Origin: Vicugna vicugna
Taxonomy: Eukaryota
Direction of reading: 5' to 3'
Assembly (NCBI GenBank): GCA_013265495.1
Contig: MU057796.1
Span: 186,001 to 250,000, forward strand
DNA length: 64,000 nucleotides
Position numbers and translations under genes: made by a program. A model generated the notes under the pieces. That model was given only the letters and a program-made list of their open reading frames with translations, was not told the origin of the DNA and searched no databases. Position 1 is the first letter of the stretch; the number at the start of each line of letters is the position of its first letter. Below, one piece after another: positions 40,101 to 50,780 of the stretch.

Positions 40101-41966
40101 TCAACTCCATTCACATTTCAGAGTCAGACTTCTAGAACTCTGACTGTTTGACACAGGAATGAATGGAATTTCTTTAACTGCAATACACTGTCCTGTTTTA
40201 CAGACATAAGCTCTCTTCCTGCCCCTGCATCTGCTGTACCAGGTCCTAGATCAGGTTGGAGCCGCTTGATTTACAGTTTTAGAAGCAATGATAAAATTGT
40301 CAAGCTGATACTTAGTGAATTGATTTTCAGTTCACTTTTTCAGCAACTGAGTAAGTTCTAAGCTCTGTAACAACTCCCTTGGTCCATTTCACTAATAATT
40401 GTTTCCTTTCCCTGATCAAACTCAAACTGATAAAAAAAAAATGGGAATGCATTTCAGAGTTTTATGCAGGAGAAGATCTGATCTGAGTAACCTGGCAACC
40501 GAGTGGAGAATGGACAGAAGGGGGCCAGGGTGCTTGCAGAGACCAGTGGGTGTTGCTAGAATCTAGACAAAAATCCGGTGGTGGTTTAGTCTGAGATTAA
40601 TGCCAGTGGAGATGGTGAAACAGCAGAAGCAGTAAGAAGTACAGCAGATGGAAGTTTCTAACTGGACTTGCTGGTGCTATAAAAGTATTCCCCAAATAAA
40701 TGGGATCCTTAGAAAAAAGTGCTGTCTGATGGAAATGTGTGGGCACTTCTGTTTTTTCATGGGTTACATCATACAGAGCGGCAGACTCCACAAACACTGC
40801 ACTTAAAGCTGACATTTGATTTGTGACCAAAATATTGTTAACACTGCATAATACTCTTCAAAGCTTGTTTGAATGCTTCCATCATGTGCAGGTATCAAGC
40901 CTTTGACATACCTCCTCTCAAACAGTACCAGTCAGATGGCTGAACAACAGTGACAAAGAGTTTCCTCCTTGCACACATCACCACATGTCCATTTGCTCAT
41001 ATGTTTATGGTTAAATGGCTCTACTGCATGGAGAGTTATAACTTTTCATATTAAACAATGTCAAAAAAACAATAGTCATGCCTGAATCAAGAGAAAGAAA
41101 TCCAATCACCACAGGACACAGAGCAATAATGGGACCTGCAAGTTCTTGAAACTGTGACATAAATAAAACAGAATCTCTCAGATACAAATGAACAACTTGT
41201 ATCTTGAATTCAGAGGAAAGTGGTGGGTTTCTCCCCATGCTTTTTTTTGGTTTGTTTTGCCTCTTTGATTAAGGAAGTAACAGAGACAAACTGAGGATAT
41301 TTCCAAATTTCAAACAACAAATATGAAGATGGTGGCAGCGATGTACCCAGGAAGTGGCATTCCTAGAAAAATGGGGTCACAAACTGGTATGCTTAGGAAA
41401 GGCGCCTTCCTCTGGGTCAGCTCAGCCCATCCCTATCCTGTCTTCCTCGATGTGAACAGTTGATCTAAACTGATAGGTCAAGTCATTCAAATGATTATTA
41501 AACTCAAATCACATCAGGCTTCTTGACTGAAGGGATGGAGTTTGTGTCTTAACTGACCCTTCAGTTTAGTCAAACTTGTGCTAACTGGTCAACCCTTCAA
41601 GTCTGACATACACACTACGGCTTTGGTAAATCATACTATTGGCTTTCTGAATCTGTTATCTGTTTAGTCAACAAACTGAAAATATTTTCTCCTTGGTAAA
41701 AGACAGGGAGAGAGGAAAGATGTGGGGTAGGGGGAAGGGAGAGACAGAAAAAGCAGTATTTCTTTCTACTCGGAGCAAAAGGCAATATTGCTCACTACTT
41801 ATTGTAGTAACATAAGTAGTAGCTGCACGATTTTGGCAGAATGCTGTCTGCTGGGCTGAACTGACTTTGTTTTTCTTCATTTGGAAAACTAAGATCTAGC
41901 GCATCATAGCCCTTCTCATTGTCAGAAATAGGTTCCACACGCAGTGCTGTAAGAATGTATGATGTA

Positions 41967-42630
41967 CAGCCACTGTGGAAAACAGTATGGAGGTTTCTCA
42001 AAAGACTAGGAATAGACTTGCCATATGGCCCCGGCATCCCGCTCCTGGGCTTATATCCAGAAGGAACCCTACTTCAAAATGACACCTGCACCCCGACATT
42101 CATAGCAGCACTATTTAGAATAGCCAAGACATGGAAACAGCCTAAATGTCCATCAACAGATGACTGGATAAAGAAGTTGTGGTATATTTATACAATGGAA
42201 TACTATTCAGACATAAAATGACAACATAACACCATTTGCAGCAACATGGATGTCCCTGGAGAATGTCATTCTAAGTGAAGTAAGCCAGAAAGAGAAAGAA
42301 AAATACCATATGAGATCGCTCATATGCAGAATCTAAAAAACAAAAACAAAACAGAAACAGACTCATAGACATAGAATACAAACTTGTGGTTGCCAGGGGG
42401 ATGGGGGGTAGGAAGGGACTGGGATTTCAAAATGTAGAATAGATAAACAAGATTGTACTGTGTAGCACAGGGAAATATACACAGGATCTTGTGGTGGCTC
42501 ACAGCGAAAGAGTATGTGACAATGAATGTATGTATGTTCATGTATAACTGAAAAATTGTGCTCTACACTGGAATTTGACAACATTGTAAAAGGACTATAA
42601 CTCAGTAAAAAATGTTTATATATATAAAAA
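41967..42630 (+). mobile_element. Relatively young 5'-truncated L1 (ORF2 C-terminus, 3' UTR, tail)
   Basis: ORF track gives QPLWKTVWRFLKRL...IPLLGLYP...FIAALFRIAKTWKQPKCPSTDDWIKKLWYIYTMEYY, the L1 ORF2 C-terminus. TSD AATGTA(TG/CA)ATGTA at 41954-41966 and 42631-42643. Confidence 0.95.
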
Positions 42631-43004
42631 AATGTACAATGTAAATTTATTTATTTATTTATTTATTTTGCTAACATACGATCTTGGAAGTGAAACATAC
42701 ACCAAGTTACTGGATACAATCACAGTCACTTCTTTTTCTTTGTAAAGAACTCTGTGCAGTGAAGTTAGTTCTTAGTTTATTAGAGATGGAGTTTTTTTTT
42801 TTTTCTTCCATGGATTCCTAGCAATAGATTGTCTCCTGAAAACTACAATATTTTGAGCAAACTGCACAGCTGGTCCTTAATGGCATTTAGTCATTAAGAA
42901 TCTTAAAATTTGTGTTACTTTTAATTCCTGGCAAATCAAATGAATGTCTTAACCACACAATAGTCCTCATACAATTTCACTTGGGAGGCTGTTCTTGAGG
43001 TGGC

Positions 43005-43175
43005 TTGGTTTAGTTGGAGGAACAGTAGAGTCACAGAGTCCAAAGCTCTTGGCCGTTCCACTAAAAAGCTGTGTGGCTTTGGGTAAGTAACCTAACACTC
43101 TGAGTCTGTTTTCCCATCTGTGAACTTAAGGGGTTGGACCATATGACATCCTGCTTCTGTGATATCCTTTAATTT
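43005..43175 (+). mobile_element. MIR fragment (another probable one at about 43510-43700)
   Basis: agctgtgtggctttgggtaagtaacctaacactctgagtctgttttcccatctgtgaa. Confidence 0.7.
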
Positions 43176-43211
43176 GAAATGGATACAACTGACTTTCTAT
43201 AGACCATTATC

Positions 43212-43470
43212 AGTGAAGGTTGTACTTTAAGAACAGTTTTAAAAATGTATATTTTATATACACACGCATACATATATACATCTAAGCATGATGAGAGAAT
43301 GAATGAATTTCATTCACTGAAAGTCAGTTTCATTCATTAACTATGAGTGAAGGCTGTACTTTAAGGATGGTTTTAAAATACACACTTTATTATACATGTA
43401 AATACATAGATAAATGGAGAGAGAGAGAGTGAATGAATGAATGAATGAATGGATGAATTTAAGTTTCAGC
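43212..43470. repeat. Degenerate tandem duplication with 134-bp period, each unit ending in GAAT repeats
   Basis: AGTGAAGGYTGTACTTTAAG...GTTTTAAAA at 43212 and 43346. Confidence 0.75.
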
Positions 43471-44239
43471 TTAATAGAGAACTCTCAAGGAGGCTGGGAG
43501 GCTGGGGTGGTTTGAAAGAACCTTGAACCTGGAGTTCTGGCTACAGTGGTTTCTACTTGTGTAATTGTGGAAAAAAATTTAAGGAGCTGGTCTCCTCACT
43601 TAAAAGCTGGAGTAATGTCTGCCTGATCTACTACAAAAGATTTGAAAAAAAGAAGCAAATAAGAAGATACCTAAAAGCTTTACCTAAATTATAAAACACC
43701 ACACAAATGCTCTGAATTTGCATTATTTGCCAAACTTTGAACTGAGTATCCTCGGGCCAATGAACCTAAACTTGTTCTATTAAAAACTAACAGTAGGGGT
43801 TGGAGCTGATGAGTCAAACTGAGCCTGTAATCTGTTAGAAAGGAATTCCTTCACTTGAGGCCCAGGATGGTTAAAAGCAGACTGAGCATTGCGATTGACA
43901 TCACAATCCACTGACTTTTGGAAACCACCCACTGAAGTGATTACAGCTGCAGGGGGTCCTCATCATCCATGGATAACTGGTCCTGGAAATGCCTTTTTGG
44001 ATGAAGGCGCTTGGTGCAGTGTGTTAGCTGGTCTCCATAGCTGGCTTCAGGGAACTGTGCTTTCCAGGATTCACATCCTTGTGAAGCATCCTTCCAGGCT
44101 GAACCTGAGCTGGTCTGCGACTAGTTTTAACCAACAGTATGTGGAGACAGTGATGCTGCATCAGTGTGCCATCCACATTTTTGGAAGGAGCTTCTGCTTT
44201 TGTGCTTTGGGAAATCCTGAGCTGAATATATATCTAAGT

Positions 44240-44510
44240 CTGGCTACCCTCTCATGTGGAGAAGGAGAGACACTGAGACTATATGGATAGTGGGAGAGCA
44301 CCCCCCTCCAGTCACCTCAGAGCCCCCACTGAGCTCAGCCTTGCGGCCGCCCCTGGGAAGGTACCAAACCAGGAGTGAGTCATCTTGAATATTCTAACCC
44401 AGCCAGGATTCCACGTGACTGCAGGCTCAGCTCCAGCCAACCCAGCAGAGTCTGGCCAGCCCACAGGATCACAGGAGATAATAAAATGGCTCTCATTTGA
44501 AGACCAATGC
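44240..44510 (+). mobile_element. Old MLT1-type LTR fragment
   Basis: ccagccaacccagcagag...cccacaggatcacaggagataataaaatgg resembles the 3' half of MLT1 LTRs. Confidence 0.55.
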
Positions 44511-45300
44511 TGAATAAGAAGTCATATTTAAAGGACTTAATGAAGATTTCAAATTAGAAGAATAAACTATTATAAAATAGGTCATCATTATAGATACACC
44601 CTAATTCTTAGAACAAAACATTAATTGAGTGCTATATTTGGGTGGGGGAAGGGGCGAATAATTTTTCTGACAAAACTAGGTGATATGACATCCTTTACTT
44701 GACTTTTGCATCCCAGTGATGAAAAAGGTTATTTCTGCAAAAATATTTCTGAAGACTTTATCATTTTTTAACAAGGTCCTCTATTAACCAGTTTTATGCT
44801 GCTTATTCCCTTGCAGCACTCGTCCTGATGTTGTCCATGCTACTTTCTCCTCTTGCGCTGTCCAAGGTCTAACTGTCACATTCGCACTTGGGGTTGGCAT
44901 GTATTTTAGCATTTCTCCGACATCACTCCCCTCAACTTCATGACATAGTGCATCCTTCTTTAAAGTTTTCGATTTTACTTTGCCATCTATTTGCATCATA
45001 TCCCTTGATATCTGTGAATTTACAGCAATCAGCAGACATGAAGAAAGAGATACTCAAATGGTAGGCAGAAACAGAAATTAGGATTTAAGGAGGTAGGAAT
45101 GCTTGAGTGGGAACTAGTTTTTGAGTGGTCAGTCCATTAGTGCATAGACTTGGTTTATTTAAGTAACCTGTTCACAGGGGTGGGGGTGGGGTGGGGAGAA
45201 CTCATAGTGAGCATATCATAGAATGAAATACAAAATATATCCCAGCAATTGTCACAGTGTACTAAATTGATCTATTAAGGGATTGGTCTCCATTTGACTT

Positions 45301-45374
45301 TGTGCTGTGTGTGTCTGTGTGTGGGTGTGTGTGTGTGTATGTGTGTGAGTGTGTGTGTGTGTGTGTGTGTATGT
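45301..45374. repeat. Imperfect (GT)n microsatellite
   Basis: Read directly. Confidence 0.92.
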
Positions 45375-46156
45375 AGGAGGCGGAAGGGGAGCTATTTCTT
45401 TTATGCCCTATCCTACATAGTACCTAGCATTAGATAGATTCACTTACATAGCACCTGTGAAACCAGACTGAACTGAATAGAAAGTCATTTGTTTATTTGT
45501 GCCTTAATTTAAAAAGAAGTGAAAGAGCAAAAAGTTTGATGTTAAAAGTGAAGAAAGGAAAATTTACTATAACTCTGTAATTCCAATAAGATGAAAATCC
45601 CCCCCTTTTTGTCGAAGTTTGCAAGCAGAAAGGGCATTTAATATCTAGAACTATACTCCAAATCCCAATGGATTAAAATATCCCATAAATAATTACTTTT
45701 TCTTTTATATACAAACAAATTGACAGTCTAGTTTAAATTATGCCTTCTTAGTGAGAAATGAAGAGAGCAGGGGCTACAGACATAAAATTCTCATGCCTGC
45801 AAACTAAACCTCAAGCATGATATATTTTTTAAAAATAATTTCCAGCGGACACAACATAATGGAAAACTGTCCAAATTTCAAATAGCTGTCCAAATGTCCA
45901 ATTATCAAATAACTAAGATATTTATTTGGAATTACTCCTGCCAGATAAGCCCCAAAACATGGTGGCAGAGAAGGGAGTTTGATTTCAATTTTGTGTGAAC
46001 TGTGCTTAATAATAAAAGCATTTAAAATGTATACGTCTTTGAAGGAACTTACATTTGCAGTGTGGGAAACACAAATAACCATTTGCAATTTTTCATAGGC
46101 AGAAATCCAGCTTTGCACTTGGAAAAAAAAAAGCTTTCCATTCTAAATGGCAACTT

Positions 46157-46393
46157 GCAAGGACGTATTGTATAGCACAGGGAACTATATTCAGTTTCTT
46201 GTAATAAGCTATAACGGTAAGGAATCTGAATTTTATATATATGTATGTATGTATATATATAACTGAATTGCTTTGCTGTACACCTGAAACTAACATTGTA
46301 AGTCAACTATGCTTCAAAAAATAAAGTTAAAGTGACTATAACTCAATAAAAGTTAAAAAACATAAAGTTAAAAATAAATAAATAAAAACTATA
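46157..46393 (+). mobile_element. Short L1 3' end with perfect TSD and compound tail
   Basis: TSD TAAATGGCAACTT at 46144-46156 and 46394-46406. Confidence 0.9.
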
Positions 46394-46439
46394 TAAATGG
46401 CAACTTAGTCCTAAAAGTTAGCAGAAGTGTCTACATTGT

Positions 46440-47000
46440 TGGAGATCCAGCAGAATGCGTCACTTGGAAGATGGTTAAAACAAAGCTGGCTCTGTTCACT
46501 GACTGGTTTGTGAAAGATGAGTAATATTACATACACATGGTGACATATGGCCCTCCTATATGTAACCCTGGCAAAGTGCAAATTTGCCCAACTTTTCTGA
46601 AAAGGAGTTTAGCCATGTAGAGCTGGAGTTTTAAAATGGTACGGTGCTGCTGGGGGATCTGTCTTAAGGAAATATTTAGTTACCTGTGAAAAATACTTAT
46701 GCACAAAGATTTCTTTATGGCATTATTTAGAATAGTGACCAAAACATTTACCATTATAGGAATATGATGGAATCTTATGCAAAGTGGTATAAGAAAATGC
46801 TCTTATAACATGTGAAAAAATACAAAACTGTAAATTTATGGAGAGTGTATATAGCTAAATATATGTAGAACTTAACTGGAAATACTAAAATGTGTATCTT
46901 AGGGCAGTAGAAGTGTAAAGATAGATAATTTTTTCTTCATTACAATTTAATGTTATTTTCTAGTTTTTAAAATGTCTATCTGTTTCATTTATATCAGTAA
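46440..47000 (+). mobile_element. Ancient L1M 3' region remnant
   Basis: Decayed ORF2-end and 3' UTR-like motifs (ctctgttcactgactgg, ggcattatttagaatagtg). Confidence 0.45.
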
Positions 47001-47543
47001 AAGGGAGAAAAATGAGAAAAGGTCACTCTTTACAGTATAAACCTATCCAATACCTATACTATTGTCACCTGTGAAATAACAGAATATAGATTTTGAATCC
47101 TTTAACTAAACCACACAAAGATTTATTAATTCAAGAGCTGTTCCAAATTCTCCTGTATTATCACAGTATTGCTAATTGCCAGTCATGCCTAAGATTTGAT
47201 ATTGTTCATGTGCAAATGCTTCTGATCAAATTACATGCCTTTGCAGTGGTTCACGCTCTTTGACTGGGTCCTTTGTGGGCTGAACTTGACTCTAGTGTTA
47301 GACCTGGAGTCCAATGAAAATTTTAGAAAAGGTTCAGCAGCCTGAATAATGTTTATCATAGTCAAGCCACACAAGGACCAAAATCTCACTACTGAATACA
47401 CTCCCGTGTAGGGTTAGGAAAGCAGGTGCGGGGGTAGTCAATGAGACATTTCCTAGGAAAGTGTCAGGAATTATGAAATATGGGTCATCATTTATTTATA
47501 AGTGAAAAAGAGGGGTATAAAATGGTACACATTTTAAGTGAAG

Positions 47544-47545
<2 letters not shown>

Positions 47546-47579
<34 letters not shown>
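47546..47579. repeat. (AC)n microsatellite, about 16 units
   Basis: Read directly. Confidence 0.95.
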
Positions 47580-47582
<3 letters not shown>

Positions 47583-47679
47583 AGGACAAAACCATAAAGA
47601 TAATCTCTTTTTTTAAAAGGCACGTTAACTGCCAGAAAAACAATTAGAAAGATGAACTAAACACAGTTATCTAGCCGCT

Positions 47680-48670
47680 GGGCCTCCTTCCAATTTGTTC
47701 CCTGTAGACCAGAGATCCTGATAAAACAGAGATTTGATCATGTCTCTCCCTGCTTAGAACTCCCCTAGAAGTTTCCCATTGTCGAAATACTGGGCATAAC
47801 CTGTAAGGCACACTGCAGGATCTAGTTCCTGCCTGCTTCTCCAATCATTTCACCCCTCACTCCACGCTTTCTCTCTGACCTCTCTCCTCCCTGGCCTTCC
47901 AGTTACTCAGAAATGCCAGACTCTTTCACCTCAAGGTCTTCCTACAAACTTTATATTGTTCCCCTCCTGCACCTTCCCTGCCACCCACCATTGATTTTCT
48001 GGCTAAATTTTCAACTTGGTGTCATTCCCTCAGAAGCCGCCTCTATTTTCAACCTTGTCTGGTCCTGAGGGCACCGCAGATTTGGTCCTAAACACATTCT
48101 CCTTGCCCATCCTGGTCACATTACTTCTCTTGAACTTTCTCCCCCAGCCTCTCTGCAACCCCCCAAATTAACCCATTAACATCAAGCTTCTCCATCCATT
48201 AAAACAACAGTTATAATGGATCTGACAAATATTTACGGAGCATCCCTTAAATGTAAGACACTGTGCTTGGCAGGGAGGGCTGTGGGAGATACTCAACATG
48301 TCTGCGCCTGTCTCCAGGTCTTTGAAAGTGTTGCTGCCTTTTTTTTTTTTCCCTGAGCTACGAAGCCCAACCTACTCCTACTCCACCTCCTCAACACTTT
48401 TCCTGTCTTGGCTAACTGGTACTTGGCCGTCAGGATGGGGCTTTGGCATCATTTCTAATTGGAAGCTCTTCCTCCTGGTTGCTCAAGTAATCTGGGTAAG
48501 ATGCCCATTCTAGGTTCTCTCAATAGTTCTGAGTTTACCCTTGAAACTCACATCTTGTGTTCACGTCTCTCCATCAGACTTTGAGCTCTTTGAGGGCAGA
48601 GTCAGTGTCTTGCTTCTCATTCCTCAGTCCCCGGGCAGTGCCTGGTACATAGTAGTACTTAATTAATAGC
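47680..48670. mobile_element. Cluster of L2 fragments in mixed orientation
   Basis: tgatcatgtctctccctgcttagaactccc; gagctctttgagggcagag...cagtgcctggtacatagtag. Confidence 0.6.
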
Positions 48671-48751
48671 TATATGCTTGCTTATTTTAATCCAGCCTTA
48701 TTCCACAAAGGATTTGAGGTAACTTACACAAAAGACATGTAACATAAAGCA

Positions 48752-48866
48752 GGGGGTTAAGAGGTATAGCTCAGTGGTAGAGTGCATGCTTGACACGCAC
48801 AAGGACCTGGGTTCAGTCCCAGCACCTCCAGCAGGGGAAAAATTTTAATTAAATAAATAAAAGAAG
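48752..48866 (+). mobile_element. tRNA-derived SINE (vic-1-like)
   Basis: A box tatagctcagtggtag, B box ggttcagtcc; TSD GACA(TG/CA)TAACATAAAG at 48734-48749 and 48867-48882. Confidence 0.9.
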
Positions 48867-50319
48867 GACACATAACATAAAGAAAACAAATATTAAAGCA
48901 GAAGCAGGGAAATTATAAATGGAAGTAGAATTGGAACCAGAAAAGAAGAACAGGTTCACAGTTGTTAGAAAAGGGCTAAAAAAAAATTCCTGGGTTATTT
49001 ATCAATATATTTCTGATAAGAGATAATTCTGAGATCATAGCACACCCTTTTGTGGCATATCACATTATTTCCTTAAATCAACAAGCTAAAATTATTTAAA
49101 AGCATGGGAAAATGTTTTCCCCAAAGTTTTGGGGTTGTGGGTTTTTATGCTGTGTTTGTATTTTCAACTTTCCTATATCTTCGCCTTCCAAGCCGTCAGA
49201 ACATAGTAAACCTGCCATTGTAGCGTATCCTTCTGCACCCAACACAATACTACCTAGGAATATATGTGCTTAAAAAAAACACAAAACTTTCCCTTACGAA
49301 ATAAGAACAAGACTCTTCAGCATATAAAAACAAAATCAAGTAACTATATCTTCAAGGATTTTCCTACCTGAATTAGTAGGCACCAACTATAAACCAGGAA
49401 ACTAAAACTACTTAGTAATTACTGCAGGTGATTCATAGCAGTAACCATTCCTTTACAAGGAATGAAACTGGATAATAACTCTGACAGCTAATTTTTTAAA
49501 CATATATACCATCCACATTAATATCTTTTTAACACAGCTTCACTTCAGAATAATTTTCAGAATCCCAGAAAGCCTTTCCATTGTACGAACAGCTATCTAC
49601 CTAAAAGATGTCTCCCACAAAATCATCTCAGGTTTTTTATTTTATTTTGAACAGCACACAGTAGACTGTCATAGAAAAGTCTTGACATTTGCTATTCTGC
49701 TTAGCTAATTCAGACTTAGAAAGAATCAGTGCCATGCGTGTTCTCTTAGTTTGGCAGGCTTAGCCTGTTTGATGCACAAATGGTAGTCTCACAGAAAAAG
49801 GATAAAGAGCCAGAGGACTCTTTTTGTCTTGTTCTAGAAACTTCCAAAACATGATCTGTTGCCTACCTGGACACTTGCATGAGAAATGCCATCCATGCTT
49901 GAGGAAGAGGAGCCATACATATAACTAGTTTTGTTTTGATAACCACTGTAGTTCCATTCCGACACCCAGAGAAGCAGATACCACCTCTGAGCTATGTTAC
50001 TTACCGGAAAGAAGCAGATGCCTGAAAAGTGTCTGTTCAACCAGTGTATCCACCCTTCATTTCCACACTGCCGGCATGCACTTTCAGCCAAAAGCAATCT
50101 GATGTTCTCTCTTTAGCGATATGGCTTCTGTTAAGCTTTGTGACCAGCTATTATTATTCTTCTCAAAATATTAAGAAAAGCAGCTTTGATTTTTAGGTTT
50201 GAGGGGATAACTTGGGCCTTAAATTCTCAGACCACAGGAAGGTGACATAAAGGAGCCTGCTTTCCGGGCATCCATACATTTCACCTGCATACACTTCAAT
50301 TCGATGTAGCAAATGTTTG

Positions 50320-50780
50320 GTGAGGATCTACTCTGTCCAAAGGAGGATACTATGGGAAACAAAGATGAAAAAAGAACACTCCCGCCTGTTGGAAGCTGAA
50401 GAGCTCGAACACAGTTCCTGAAACATGGTAAGCATCGAATGTGAGATTGTCTGAGTAGCATTCATCACACGTATGGGAGAGAACAGGAAGGCTTCCTGGA
50501 GGAGGTGGCATTTAGGTGAGGCTGCAGAACCTTAAGAGGATTTTTGCAAGGAGGCATTCTGGTAGCATGAACAAAGGAGGGCATATTTGGGGGGTTTGTG
50601 AACGGTCTGTAGTGAAAAACACTGACGTGTGCGCTGGCCCCAGAGGATGAGCCTTGTATTAGGAGGGTAATTAAATGGGCAGTGTGAATATAGGCTGAAT
50701 GTTGGAGACAGGAGGCCAGATGAGTTAGGAAACCAAAGTGAATTTTCATTGTTCCTCTGGGATTTTAAGAGCAGGAGTAC
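50320..50780 (-). mobile_element. L2 fragment
   Basis: ggaaggcttcctggaggaggtggcattta is a hallmark L2 motif. Confidence 0.7.

Noticed and set aside
41919..42221. 100-aa ORF as a host gene or active retroelement
   Set aside because: C-terminal fragment of L1 ORF2 in a 5'-truncated copy, with no promoter, ORF1 or reverse transcriptase.
44760..45130. Possible Tigger-type DNA transposon remnant (71-aa minus-strand ORF)
   Set aside because: Only a vague resemblance and no terminal inverted repeats identified; needs a Dfam search.
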